Of a DNA stretch of 64,000 bases, positions 49,592 to 63,047 are shown one piece after another (the stretch's first letter is position 1; each line of letters starts with the position of its first letter). The notes beneath the pieces were generated by a model. It was given only the letters and a program-made list of their open reading frames with translations. It ran no database searches and was not told the DNA's origin. The position numbers were made by a program, and so were the translations under genes. The stretch is taken from the NCBI RefSeq assembly GCF_964355755.1, contig NC_092675.1:19068912-19132911 (forward strand), read 5' to 3'. This stretch comes from Antedon mediterranea (lineage: Eukaryota > Animalia > Echinodermata).

Positions 49592-52500
49592 CTATTTGTA
49601 TTTTGGAATTCTACGGAGTTGGATGTATGAGAGTGTCAACAATACCAATATCATGATTCCTAGGGCCATTTGGTTTTGCCAAAGACCCCATGTGCTGTAG
49701 TCAATGCCTTGCTGATCCATATAAGCTTCGCCTGTTATACTGTAAAATAAATGGTATAAGTTAAAATAGTGGGAGCTAAGCTTGTGGAAGAATATGAATA
49801 CTGAATTATCATAAGGTATTATTATGAGGTACGGGAGCCAGAAGGTAGAAAATACGTGTGAATGATATTCGGAGACTTTGTGGGATTCGAACTTATCAAA
49901 AATTATCCCAGTACAGTATAGACCTACTGACCTGAATATGAAATGGAAATCGTAAACAATATGGTCATCTTCAGTGTTTATTTTATTCTAACAAAATACT
50001 CACCAGGTTACTGGGTCATAGTAATGTGCACTTGCATTCAAAGGCGGATCACAGAACACCATTCCTTTTAGTTCATTTATAGTTAACGTCTGTAAAACAA
50101 GTAATAATTTACTTTTATTACAGAACATATATTATTATTAATTCAAAACTTCTATACAGAATATAATAACTGTTGAGCTTCTGTGCGTTTATACTGTACT
50201 GTATCTGATGATGAATTTGTTCTATTTTCGCCATGCAAACCACCTTCAAACAATACACTGTACAGAATAATAGGAAAGTATTGTTTAGGTCCTGCTGCAG
50301 GTAGTCGCAAATCGAAAGCTAGGGCCTACTATTTAGCGTCATGAACAAGACCAAACTGAACCTTTAGATATCTGAATATTATAACGTAACTTAGGGAGTA
50401 ATTCAAATCAATACAATCACCGAGACCCGCATGGAAAATGCGATTGACATTCATAATTATGAATAATTAGTAACGTAAAATGGCACTTACATTAAGACTA
50501 AATCGAAACATGCTAAGGTACTGTAACCACTGCAGCCAAACTGGTAAAGATGAAATGTTTATAAAAAGCCCACCGAAAACCTAATGATAATTATAATGAT
50601 TAATTATATATAGTAATTAGGATAGAAAATAATATACTGTATTATTAATTACGCACTAATTTAACATTGGTGGGCGTCTGCAAGTACAAGAGCCAAACTT
50701 CGAATGTCTGTGTAAATCGGGGTAATTGATCACTCTTGAATTATTATCTCATTTTCATCGGGTTAGGCTACATATTATTATAATCCATTCATTTGCCGCC
50801 GATAAGTTCCCTTCTTCCCAGTTTCCTTTGCCTTAGCTTCACAGTAATTATAGGTGTAGGCCCAGTCTTATTTTAGTTAATAGCACAATTATACTTACCA
50901 CCATAATAATCATAGACATAGCTGCAATTAGGACGGCAATTCCATAAATTCCAACCGTTGCACTAATACAAAACACCAATGAACAGCCTGTCATTGTGGT
51001 CACCAGCAGATCCAATAGGAATATAAAGAAGTTTGTAGCAGTCGGCTGCAACCCTTTTAGAGAAAAAAAGAAAAACATTTGTGTTTTGTATTTTTTTAAA
51101 GTCTTTTTATATTTGTGATTTGAAATGTTGTACTGTAGGCTACAGTCCATTGAGATGTTTATTATAATGTACTATAAGAATAAATCAATTAATCCTACTG
51201 ATTACCGCTGAAAAGAGAAAAGTTAATACAGTATTTGAGGCCTATACTTCCTCCCTTATTCTTTAAAGTGATGAGGATGATTTACCTATCATCCAGTACG
51301 TGATACAGCAATAGATGGTTGTAGGCACAATTCTCATTGGAATAAGATCACAAAGCACCATTGAAAAGAAGTAGGCAGATGCACGATAGAAACCGCTTGC
51401 AGATTCATGCCTGTAAATGAGAAGGAAAGGAGAACAAAACCATAATATTAGTAAATGTTGACGCTGACGTTAGGATTTAGGCTATAACTCTATCGATTTT
51501 ATCAAAACATTCACCCTTTTGATAATAAAGGTAAAAAGCATAAACTGTATTACTCGAGAATGGTGGACCACAACGTTAACTTGTCTGTTGGTTCTTGATA
51601 CATTATTATTGTCAGTTTATGGAGTTTTTTGTTGCTATTTTCAATATCAATATAGGCCTAATAACATTTCAAACTTACCTAAATATTACTCTTTCGTAAA
51701 TAAAAACCTCCAGGGCACTCATGTTTCCGAAAGTGACGTTCATAATCATAAAGAAAAACACTCCGATTCTGAAATATAAGAATTCAAGTTGTTTTTTCAG
51801 TAATCATTTATTATGTATCATAACGTTACCATATTTTGATGATGCAATGTAAATTATTATAGAACTCAACAAGGAGCACATTGTCTAATGTTTTGCGAAT
51901 ATTTTTAATGTTTGTAAAACCTGTTTTGTATTCCTGATGACTGTGAGGTATCAAGCTGCCAAAATAAGCCGCCAACGAAGATACCCAACACAACCATAAT
52001 CAAAACCTGTGGAAAGACGTTGAACAAATTCTTGTACAATTTAGCAAATTCAAATTTTACTCGGAACATTATATGTATTTTCTGCTGCCGTACTATTGGA
52101 AGGATATGTGAACATTGAAGCAATAAGCAACATAGGCCTACTAAAATCTTCTAATATTAAAGCTCTGTCTCTACACTATCAAACTAGTTCGACAAAAAAA
52201 AGTGATGTGCCCAAATATGGTAGTGATATGCCCAAACATGGTAGTGGTATGACATCATCATGCCCATATATGGGCACATCATTTTTTCAACACTTTATTA
52301 TATAAAGTTGATAGTGTAGACAGAGCCAGACTCTTGAACAGTTTACCTGTAAGGACGATGTCTGTGGATTACGAATCATGTTTGTAAACGCCCTTTTTGA
52401 TAGTACAGCAAACTAAAACAGAAGTTGGTGGAAACAAAATAAATGATAAATAAATTACCTTTTGATGTTTTTATTGTAATGTAATGGGACCTATGGAAGA

Positions 52501-54642
52501 ACAGTTTTTACTGAAGAGGTCACCCAGTATAAAGAACAAATAAACAAAATTTTAATGTAAATTAGAACTCAAATCAGCAATTTTTTGCTACTATGTTTTA
52601 AAAATTAGGAAGTTGAATTTCAATAAATACGAATAATACAATTGGTTGGTGATAGATGACAGCTAATCATCAGCTTGATTGACGGTTTTAAGGGAACAAG
52701 GAACTCAGTAGGTAATCAATAATTACTCAACTTGACAGATAGGTGAGGTATTTTAGTATTTACTAACTATGCTCCTACCTGTTTGAAGACTGACGTTGGA
52801 TAGTCAATAACTTGTTCAACAAAACTATCTGATCGGTGCAAACCTGTAAGTTTTCTTTCCTCTTCCTCTAATACTGTGTTGTATTTTGATTTATTAAAAT
52901 ATTCCACCAATGTCTTGGTACCATCTATTGCATTTTCTATTTTAAAACATACAATGTATACACGTGTTTATCAATATACAGTTAAGTTCACACATTGTTT
53001 TGGGGGATAAGACTTCACGGTGGGATAGACCGTCTAAAAAGTCTAAGTACAAGTAGGCCTACATTATATCAAGGAAAGATTTGTACAGTGACACTTTTAC
53101 AAAATGTCATTACTCTCCAATAGAACATAATTGAAATAAATTGTTTAAGAACGTATCGATCTGAAATACATTTACTTTTTGGTTAATAGGCCTAAAGCGT
53201 TTGTGGACTAAAAAATTCTCATGGAAAATTCTACACTGCTGTCTAATTAAGGCATAACATGTTGGCCTACATACCACTTTGTTCTTGTTCAATAATAACG
53301 TCGAGAAAGAAATCAGCCGGGTTGTTGAACTCGGGGCAAGGATACCCTAAGAAAGAAATTTGAAAAGTATAAAATATGACGACCAAAGAGTTTAGTAAGT
53401 TAAACATTCGGTTTTTTATTCCACGTGAAGCCAGCTTTTTTTCTTCTTTTTTTAAAATTAAAAAGCAAGTCTATTCGTGGTGTTTTTCGTTATTGAATAT
53501 AGACCGAATCTATTATATTATTAGTAAATGTTGAAAAAGTGAATCAACTTTACCAGCGGCTCCAAAGAAGTCATTCGTCTCGTTTGCTGGTCCGTGATAC
53601 ACCGTCTGGCCTAGACTCAGTAGATGTAGCTTATTGAATTGACTGAAGATGGAATACCGTGGCTGGTGAATGGAGAATATTATAGTGCGTCCACGTTTAG
53701 ACAACCTGTAACATGAATGAAAACTTGGATTACATTTTATTAGCGTAAGCGTGATTAACACATTGATGTAGGGCGGCCCTCTGTTTCTTCGGTTTCATAG
53801 TACATAATTTTGAGTAGGCCTAGGCCTTCTACAAAGATGCTTTGTTGATTTAGTGCAGTTTCCATCGTAAAAACGAATAATGTTGTGTGTGTGTGCGGTT
53901 TTTATAACAGAGTAATATCTAGCAATTTGGAGGCATGTATTCAATGTCGTTTTTTAAAAGAAGCAAGAACAGATAACGAAAAAACGTACTGAGCAAGATT
54001 TGTCATGACCGATTTGGCCGTGCTTGCATCTAGGCCCGTCGTTGGTTCGTCCAGAAAAAGTATTCTTGGCTTAGTTACCAATTCCATCCCAACATTTGTT
54101 CGTTTTCGCTCACCTCCTGAAATTCCGCGGATGAAAAGAGTTCCAACCTGTTGATTACAACCATATAAATCATTTGTTTATTATTTATATTTTAAAAATA
54201 GAGTGAGTAGATTGAGCGGACCATTTATATATGAATGGGTGGATGGGAAGGTAGTGAATATATAGAATACCGGTACACAAGACGGCGAACTACACGACAT
54301 AGAAGTGATTCCAATAATTTTAGTAGTTTTACGTTTTTATGTCAGTACATTTTGTTTGTTCCATACGCTACATGGAAAAATATGGACAAGTATCAACTTT
54401 GGAATGTATTGGAGAGTAAGAATTTAACAGAAAACATTTTGTGGAAATATAAAGAAAAGTGCAGCCGACATCGTCAACATTGATTCTGAAATCAACAACA
54501 AATAAGAATCAATAATAATAATAATTGGGGAAAACAATGTTATATTATTGCATTATATTATTTTTATTATATGTTCATTATCAGTTGTATATTTACAGTA
54601 TTATGATTCTCTGTATTTTGCTTTAATATTTGTGGAAATAAA

Positions 54643-54680
<38 letters not shown>

Positions 54681-57600
54681 TTATATCTAATAATTAATTC
54701 GTAAAACAGAGATTGACCCGTAAAATAAAATGACTTTTACCTTTGAGTCTGCGCATTTTGTTAATCCTAACTCTTTTATTATGTCATTGACTCGTCTTCG
54801 TTTTTCAGAAGTAGATATTTCTTTTCCTAGTCGAAGTTCTGCGGAAAATCTCAGATTTTCTTTTACTGACATCGTTCCCATAACCACGTCATCCTTTTTG
54901 AATAAAAATACCTTATTTTATTTCAACTTTAGTAACGTAGCCTACTGCTCATATATTGTATATAATTAATTAAACAATAATAAATGCGGAAACCATACTC
55001 TTCAAAGCAGAAGAGTTATTGTAAAGAACTCTTATAAGTGCGTGCACTTTCATGTCTTCCGAATAAAAGACATCGTAACTTGCCATACAAACAACAGGTG
55101 TAGACCTAGGGTAGGCCATATCATGTTTGACAACACTGATGCACATAAATGCATTAACCTACCTGAACGACATAGCCGGATATTAACCGGAATTGTGCTG
55201 GTTGTGGCTTTCCATCAATTAGTACTGCCCCTGAAAGTCCTTTAGGATGCTTTCTTGCCGCTAACACGTCTAATAATCTGAGGAAAGACGAAGCATCTGT
55301 AAGGATATGGAAGAAAAATCCTTCCATCAACTACTCATTCGGTCGCCGTTCATCTTAATCTAAGTACTTCCTATCCTTCTCTCCATCTACTGTATCCTAA
55401 AATATTTCCTTCTATTCATACATTGCAATCCAGACATCTTTCTATCACCACTCCATCCTTCCTTCCATCTCTAGCCACTATCCCTTCACCACCCTTTTCT
55501 CTATCCCTGATCTTTTTTCTCCCTTTCCACCATGTAATCATTATTTCTCAGTACAGTATACTTACGACGTTTTGCCACTACCTGTCGGTCCCATTATTCC
55601 ATTCATACCAGGAGCAAAAACACCACTAATATGCAGAAAGTATAAACAATATACGTATTAATAAAGAATACAATGAAAAATCAGCCCAAATCAAAATATG
55701 TTTTACTGTAAATACTTTTAAATTCTGCCGTTTAATGTCATCACAGGATCCAATAATTATTGATAATCTATCTAAATATTTATCATGCTTATAAGTTAAG
55801 ATATATGTTTTGGTCAGTGAACGAAATTAATTAATTAATTTTTCTTGTGACCATAAATTGCTTTATTTTTCAATGTAATTATTATTTTGTTAATAACTAG
55901 GGGCCAGAGGCCTAAAGTAAATAAAGTCAGGCGATAAGCCTGAATGAATGAATGTATTTCTAAATACAAGTACAAGTACTTCCTTCCACTTTTGTTGTTT
56001 GTCAGTCATACAGTCGGTCAAGTCAGTGAGTCGGTCATTTGTGTAACGGTCAGCCAGATCATTTTTTAAAGATCACATTTGGCTCCAGGTAACCCTACCT
56101 AATGTTTGTCAGGATGTTCTTGTACACGTCTTTTCCAGCAGCTTTGTCCAAAACTCGGTAGCATATATTGTGGAAAGATACAACTGAATGGATGTTAGTG
56201 GACTCAACTTCCACCTTGTGGTGATTGTCATCCGCGGCTTGGTAACTGGGATGTAACCCACCAACACCAGCGTACGATACTTCTGGATGTCTTCCATTAC
56301 CGAGCAAACTTGTCTTTAATAATAATAATAATAATAATAATATTAATAATAATAATAATAATAAAAGAAAGCTATTTAAACACGAGGATAATACAATACT
56401 AGGATATAGACCGTTAATTGTACTTCCAAACTTCAGTTGGTTGTTAGAAGTAACTAAGACCTAATAGTCTATAACCAAAGACCTGTGTTTCGCAATGCGT
56501 TATTCAAGACAAGTTGTGAAAATACATGTATTTGTTATGCGCGATTTGAACGATTTGCGCAATTTAAAATTGCGCAAAGAATTCCTTGCGCAATTTGAAT
56601 TGAAACATCTGTTTCAAATTGCGCAAGCAACGTATTAAATTGCGCAAGTAATCTGCAAATTGCGCAAGGTTTTTCGACAGATTGTGAAATCATGCACACC
56701 CATATTTTCATAGTAATTTCTAAGAATGATTCAAAATTAAACATAATATCGCATTTCCTTATTTTAGTAGTGAAAATATTGTTATTGTTAGCATACCGTC
56801 GAAGACCCGACAAAGGACCACAAAGGTGGTGTTCCCGGCGGGCGGCTAATACTATTACTACATCTAGCCAAAGATGCTCTCTATAGCCTACTGTATGGCT
56901 ATGTTTTGATAGCAGGTCTAAACGTTAGTGGCGGTAGACATGTTGTGTATTAGGCCTACTACATTAATTTTTGTTATTTTTACATTTATTTTGATTTATT
57001 TTAAGTTGCAATGAGTGATAATATTATTTAATTGTGTATGCCATTGATGTTGTGTATATACACATGTTATCTTCGCATTTATTATGTTTCATTTTGAGTT
57101 ATTAGTTTCTAATAAATTATCATTGTTAACCGATCGTCGACGTTAGCACGCATTCTGGTAGAATTCTGCTGCGCAATTTGACAATTTTACAAATTGTGCA
57201 GCGCAATTTGAAATTGCGCAAGGATTTTCTTGCGCAATTTGATATTGCGCAAGTTGATTGCGCAATTTGAAATTGCGCAAAAAATTCCTTGCGCAATTTG
57301 AAATTGCGCAAGAACTTTGCGCAATTTCAAATTGCGCAAGGAATTTTTTGCGCAATTTCAAATTGCGCAAATCGTTCAAATCGCGCATAACATATTAATA
57401 TACGAATGGCTGTTTATTTAATGCCCTGGACCGTAAACATACAGGCATGAGGGTATGACAACAAAGCACTAGGCCTATTAATTACCGTACACGTCTAGTT
57501 AAAAATGTATAGTTGATATATTATTAGTTGAGATAGATAAATGAGAATTACAGAAGGAAAGAATTCTAAAATAGGGGACAGGGCGTTTCTACTTTTTTAT

Positions 57601-58252
57601 TTTTGTAAAAAAACTAGTCAATTGTTTCTTACGCAGGTTGAAGATTACATTATGAATAAAGAAACCATTTTCAATTGTCGTATCTTAATCTATCGATTTT
57701 TGTGATAATGCACCTTGCGATCAAGGCCATCACAATTACCTACGGATGCCAGGATGACCAACGTTTCCTAAATATAAAGTGTGAAGGTTCGTCTAAGCCA
57801 GGAAATTTCGATAAATATACAGTGCATTTGGTCTCCTTTCCATACAAAAGAAACACACTCGTCCACCCCCATTTACCCGGGTCAGATGAAAATTGTATTA
57901 AATTAAAGCTCCAAATGATCACTTTTTATTGAATGGTTTTAAAAGAACATTATATCTGGTACTTTGGGAGCCTACAATCCGTTTGTTGTATAAAGTATGC
58001 TTAATTATATCTATTGGACCAACCAATCTTAATTGCTACCTTTAATTAAATTGTTAAAATGTGTTTGTTTTTTTACGGATTCGACCTCCCTTTGCAAAAT
58101 GCTGGTATAGGCCTAATCATTAATATTGCATGGACGGGCATGGACTACATATTATTCTAGTAGTAGTACGACCATGCAATGTACGACTGAATTGGCCTAC
58201 AATTTTGAGTGTGAGTGAGTATAGGTAGGCTACTTACCTTTTCTGTCATCAT
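49592..58252 (-). CDS. ABCG2: ABCG2-like half ABC transporter, ~17 exons (e.g. 58252-58238, 56313-56099, ~55627-55567, ~55277-55164, ~54893-54741, ~54147-53990, ~53705-53554 ... ~49740-49592)
   Basis: Walker [17 protein letters not shown], signature ISGGERKR, Walker [54 protein letters not shown]-terminal TM segments. First exon and some internal boundaries are approximate. Confidence 0.9.
52161..52327. mobile_element. Harbinger-like MITE copy in an ABCG2 intron
   Basis: AGCTCTGTCTACACTATCAAAC...TTGATAGTGTAGACAGAGC. Confidence 0.8.
56533..57392. mobile_element. Ginger-like non-autonomous DNA transposon in ABCG2 intron 1
   Basis: TIR TGTTATGCGCGATTTGAACGATTTGCGCAATTT; 4-bp TSD TATT; TGTNR termini with 4-bp TSD fit Ginger; subterminal TTGCGCAA arrays. 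Confidence 0.75.
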
Positions 58253-59189
58253 GAGATACTTTCAAAAGCAAGTTAATAAGTCCTCTCCGAATATAATTAC
58301 AGTACTAGCATTTATATACTTTAAACATGTCATCGATATCTATAGTTGAAAGTTTGTTTTAATAACCCATTCCGTTGTTCCGCTTGAAAAGATAACGTCC
58401 TGGTGACATAAACTATCACCTATATCTCACAGATAGACTATCAACACAATGGAATTAAATGATCAAACATGTATACAAGTAGGTAAGGTCACATGTCTGT
58501 GTATAGTCTATTCTATAATCATGATTGCTTTACATGCGATACAAATTTCGCAATATTTAATATTAAGCTCTTTTATCATAAGTGGGCTATAACAATTGTC
58601 ATGTGTAATAATATTATTATATAAGAACATATTACAGTATTATTAAGCCATTTTTATTTAGAACGTATACTTATCTACGTCTAAATCTAAAAGTCACGGC
58701 GTTCTGTTGCAATAATTTACGTCTAATGACACCGATTGGAACATGGCTGATCTACATTCTTTGATGTGTAATTATGTGTATCAATGTAATTCTGCGGGTA
58801 TTAAATTTATCATTTTTAAATTACCGGTATTGCTTTGAGGCCTAGATGTCCATAATATTCTGTATTCATTATTTAAAAAAATAATACTATTAGGCCTAAT
58901 CACTACATTTTTCTATTTTGAATTTTTGAAATCGTTGATTCCCTCTGAGCTTAAACGAACAAAAAAATTCTACCAAAATGAAAAGTACGTCTACGAAGTA
59001 AATTAGCGAGCTTTCGTTTTAGTACGGTAAACGTGCAGTACGGCCGGTTTAACCAACCGTGACCGTACTCATTTACTAGGTTCCCGTCATGTCTGTTTCT
59101 GTTTCGTTTTGTTCACGGGCGCGACGGGAACATGTGCGCGATGTATCAGGTACCATCATCAGTTGACTCGACTTTCAGCATCTTACAAC

Positions 59190-60598
59190 ATGGCGAACCT
59201 ACATAGGGTACGAGATGCTCTTGTTGCTGCCTATATATCAGATGTTCTGGACGAGGAAGAATTCATTATGTTGTATAGTATGAATTCCCCAAGTAATCCT
59301 GATTTTCAGTATAAAAGTGATGAATATCAATTCAACTTGGATAAATTCAACGATGATGAATGCAACAGCTATTTCAGGTAAGCCGACCATCAGGCTAAAT
59401 CAGGGTAGCACTTTATTTATCAATTTATAATCTACTACTAGGTAGGGCTAGATAACGTTAAGGCATTATAAAGCTTAAATACATTTAACATTGGTTACTA
59501 ACAATTATACTTCCATATACCTTGAAGGTATTGCTTTCTTTTATGTATAGCCCTAGTAGGCTACTATACTATCTACAGAAGCTACTATTTAGTAATAAAT
59601 GTTGATTAAATATTAAATTAATATATGATGCCCATAACATGTCCAGTATCATGTATGTTATCCATTATGAGATTTAAAATATACTGTGTATTATTATTTC
59701 CCTTAGATTCCAGAAAAATGATATCTACCGGCTGAAACATGCTTTGGGGGTGCCACCAACTGTAATTCTGGAGAATAAGTCGAAAATTGATGGACTTGAG
59801 GCTTTGTGCATCACACTCCAAAGGTATGCATATCCTTGTAGATATGGAGATCTTATCAAGGACTATGGACGTTCAGTACCACAGCTTTACTTGGCGTTTA
59901 AGTGGATGACCAACTACATCTTCGACATCCATAGACATCGGATCTCATCCTTAGATCAGCCATGGTTATCCCCACAACATTTACAGGAATTTGCTGAGGC
60001 AACACACACAAAGGGTGCTGCTTTGAGGAACTGTTGGGGGTTCGTTGATGGAACCGTAAGGCCAATATGCCGACCAAATCAGCATCAACAAGTTATGTAT
60101 AATGGTCACAAAAGAATCCATGCCATGAAATTCCAGTCAGTGACAGCTCCCAATGGCCTCATAGCTCACCTATATGGACCTGTGGAAGGGAGGAGACATG
60201 ATGCATTTCTCCTTCGTGAATCGGGTCTGTTGACAGAGCTTGAGGCCAGATCACATGATCCACAGGGAAATGTATTGTGCGTGTATGGTGATCCTGCGTA
60301 CCCATTGCGCCCACAATTGCAAGCACCTTTCCCGACGGTACGGATAACACCAGAACAAGTGGCCTTCAACGTGGCAATGTCCAAAGTCAGAATTAGCGTT
60401 GAATGGCTATTTGGTGACATTGTAAATATATTTAAATTTACAGACTATAAGAAGTCTCAGAAAGTGCAATTGAGTGCATGTGGCAAAATGTACATTGTTT
60501 CTGGAATACTTACAAATGCACATACATGTGTGTATAAGAACAATACATCTGCCTATTTTGAACTTGAACCGCCATCGCTGGAAGAATATTTTCAATGA
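59190..60598 (+). CDS. Harbinger/HARBI1-like DDE transposase, 359 aa; exons 59190-59377 and 59707-60598
   Basis: Motifs WGFVDGT, YNGHKRIHAMKFQ, GRRHDA, YGDPAY, RISVEWLFG; phase-2 intron joins YFR/FQK. Confidence 0.93.
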
Positions 60599-61272
60599 AT
60601 GTATTTTTTTTCTAAATTATTGTAAATAATTGTGATAGAAGTGATATTGAATTTATTAAAAATTGTATAAATTATAAAGTAAATAACTGTTTCCATTTAA
60701 ATTTAAGAAGTTATTCATATAAATATTTTTATTGTAACCATATACATATATACATTCATAAACATCTAACTGTAATACAAGAGAACCTTTAATAGATTAA
60801 AAGAAATAAAATGGTTCCAGTTTAAATAAAAATCCTGGAAAACTCTTAAACACTTAACTGTATATAACATACCAACACTAAAGATACACCTGCAATAGAA
60901 CAAATATTTAGTGTATTTTTAAAATGTAAATTATTGTAATTGTGACTAAAGTGATAGCTGAATTACCGGTATTATGTTAAAACGTCGTAAGGTAAATAAA
61001 TGTTTCTATTTATTGATATTGAAAAGCATGTATTAATTATATTTTGTTAATGCTCATTCATATAGAAACAAAACTTCTTTGATTTAAACTACATATTCTT
61101 TGGCATCAATGGTATTCAAAACATTCAAGATAATAATTAATAGATTGAAAGAAACAATGGTATAAGTATATATAAATAAAGGCATGCATTAATAAACACA
61201 AATATATATAAAAACAACTATAGTAGAAAGTATATTGCACAGATTAGCACAATAAAAAAATATATCAAGGAT

Positions 61273-63047
61273 CTAGTTTTTCTTTTCCATGGACTTAAGA
61301 AATGCCATCATCAGTGTTTGCGTTTGCTGGTTTTGATGTTGCAAGAGTTGCTGTTGTTGAAGTATTTGCTGCTGCATTTGTTGTTGTTGTTGCAGTTGTT
61401 GCTGTTGGAAGGCCTCAAATCGTCTTTCCCTTCCTCTTTCTTCTGCCCTCCTTCGTTCTTCTTCCTCTTTTTTTCTCTCCATCTCCTCCCTTCGAAGTTG
61501 CTGATCTATCTCCATTTTTTTTTTAATGATACCGATTGTGTCATTCCCACTATTCCTTCTTTTTGGTGTGTTACTTTCAACATCAAGCCTAAAAATAAAT
61601 TTACAAAAATAAGAACTAAACTAAGGAAGAGGGGGATAAAAAACACTTTAATCTGCCTCTACATTTTACATAAATTTGGTATTACCTTTTCCGCGTTTCT
61701 CCAAATGTTTCACATGCACGTTTTCTCATTTCTGCACCATCAGCCTTTTTCTTCTCTTCATCTCCTCTTTCCTTTGGTAACATTTCTATATCCTCCTCTT
61801 CTTGGATGAATTCTTCAATACTTTCCCTTATTTGCTTTTCCTCATCTGTCTCCTCCACTGCAATTCCACTGGCTGCCTTTTCTTTGTTATTTTTTCCTTT
61901 CACCTTATCCATCAAATTAGATATGCGATCTCGCACTGCCCGCCTGTCAACTTTGTATTCACGGGCCTTCATTGCATCAGCAACAGCCTGCCATGCCTTT
62001 CCCCGCTCAGTTGTGCCCTTCTTGGACTGGAAAGGTCTAGCCAAGATTACTTCTCCTATTAGGATTTGATCCTTTTGGTTGTCCCAGATCATGCTGAAAT
62101 AAATAATAAAATCACATAATTTATGATAGTGTTTTTTAATGTAATATTTTTCTCATCAATTCAGTGTAGGAGTTTTTAATCTAATGAAGTAATAAATGAA
62201 AATAAATAATATAGCTTGAATGAACTATCCACTTTATACAATTAATCATGCTAATATTGATTGACATTGATAACACATTTATTTCAGACTGAAAAAAGCA
62301 TACTATTATATAATATTATATGTTTTGTGCATACAAAAAAAAAGTTTACAATAATAATAATATATTAAAATAAATGTAAAAAAGTGAGCACTATTGAATT
62401 ATCTAACTAACCGGTTTGTACTCTTTTTTGTCTTAATTTCTTCTGCCTGTTTTGAAAAAAAAATAAATAAAAAATCAAGATAAAAATAATAAAATGTACA
62501 CAAGCTTATCTACATATATCTTATATTGTATGACAATAAGATAAATACTTTAAGCTACATTGGCAGGGAGTTGTTATAAATCTAATAAAGTAAACAACTC
62601 CTTTGTTTTAAGCAAAGCAGGATTGAATTGAAGATAATTTGATTAGCTAGTTTTTATCAATATTATTGAACTTGTCATTTTCTGTCATCTTTTGAGTAGG
62701 GGGTCCTACGTATCTAGACCTCCTATTTGTGCAAGTTGTGTTTATTTGTAGGACCGTGTAGGGATAGCCTAAATGCCAGCAGCTAGGGTATCGCAGCTAG
62801 GCCCTAGGCTAGTTAGTTCGATTAGGCCACTGGTTTGCCCTCTATTATACTACTACTAGCCTAGGCTAGCTAGGCCCTAGGCCGAATCTCTAAGCCAATT
62901 TTTTTATTTTATATTTGGCATCACTGATCTAGAGCACTACATTAATGAACATTCATTTAATATGCTATAGCCTAGTCTATGTTTGATTACATAAAGCTAA
63001 AATAACGACTGATTAAACTGCTTTACCTTTGACGATACTGCTTCCAT
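61273..63047 (-). CDS. Harbinger accessory Myb/SANT-like DNA-binding protein with coiled-coil/poly-Q tail (~260 aa); exons 63047-63027, 62446-62412, 62093-61686, 61588-61273
   Basis: W..QKDQILIGEV...PF..KKGTTERGKAWQAVA...VDRRAVRDR pattern; four GT-AG exons in phase with no stops. Confidence 0.8.

Noticed and set aside
61302-62069. Plus-strand hydrophobic ORFs inside the Harbinger element
   Set aside because: Antisense of the Glu/Gln/Lys-rich Myb-like gene.
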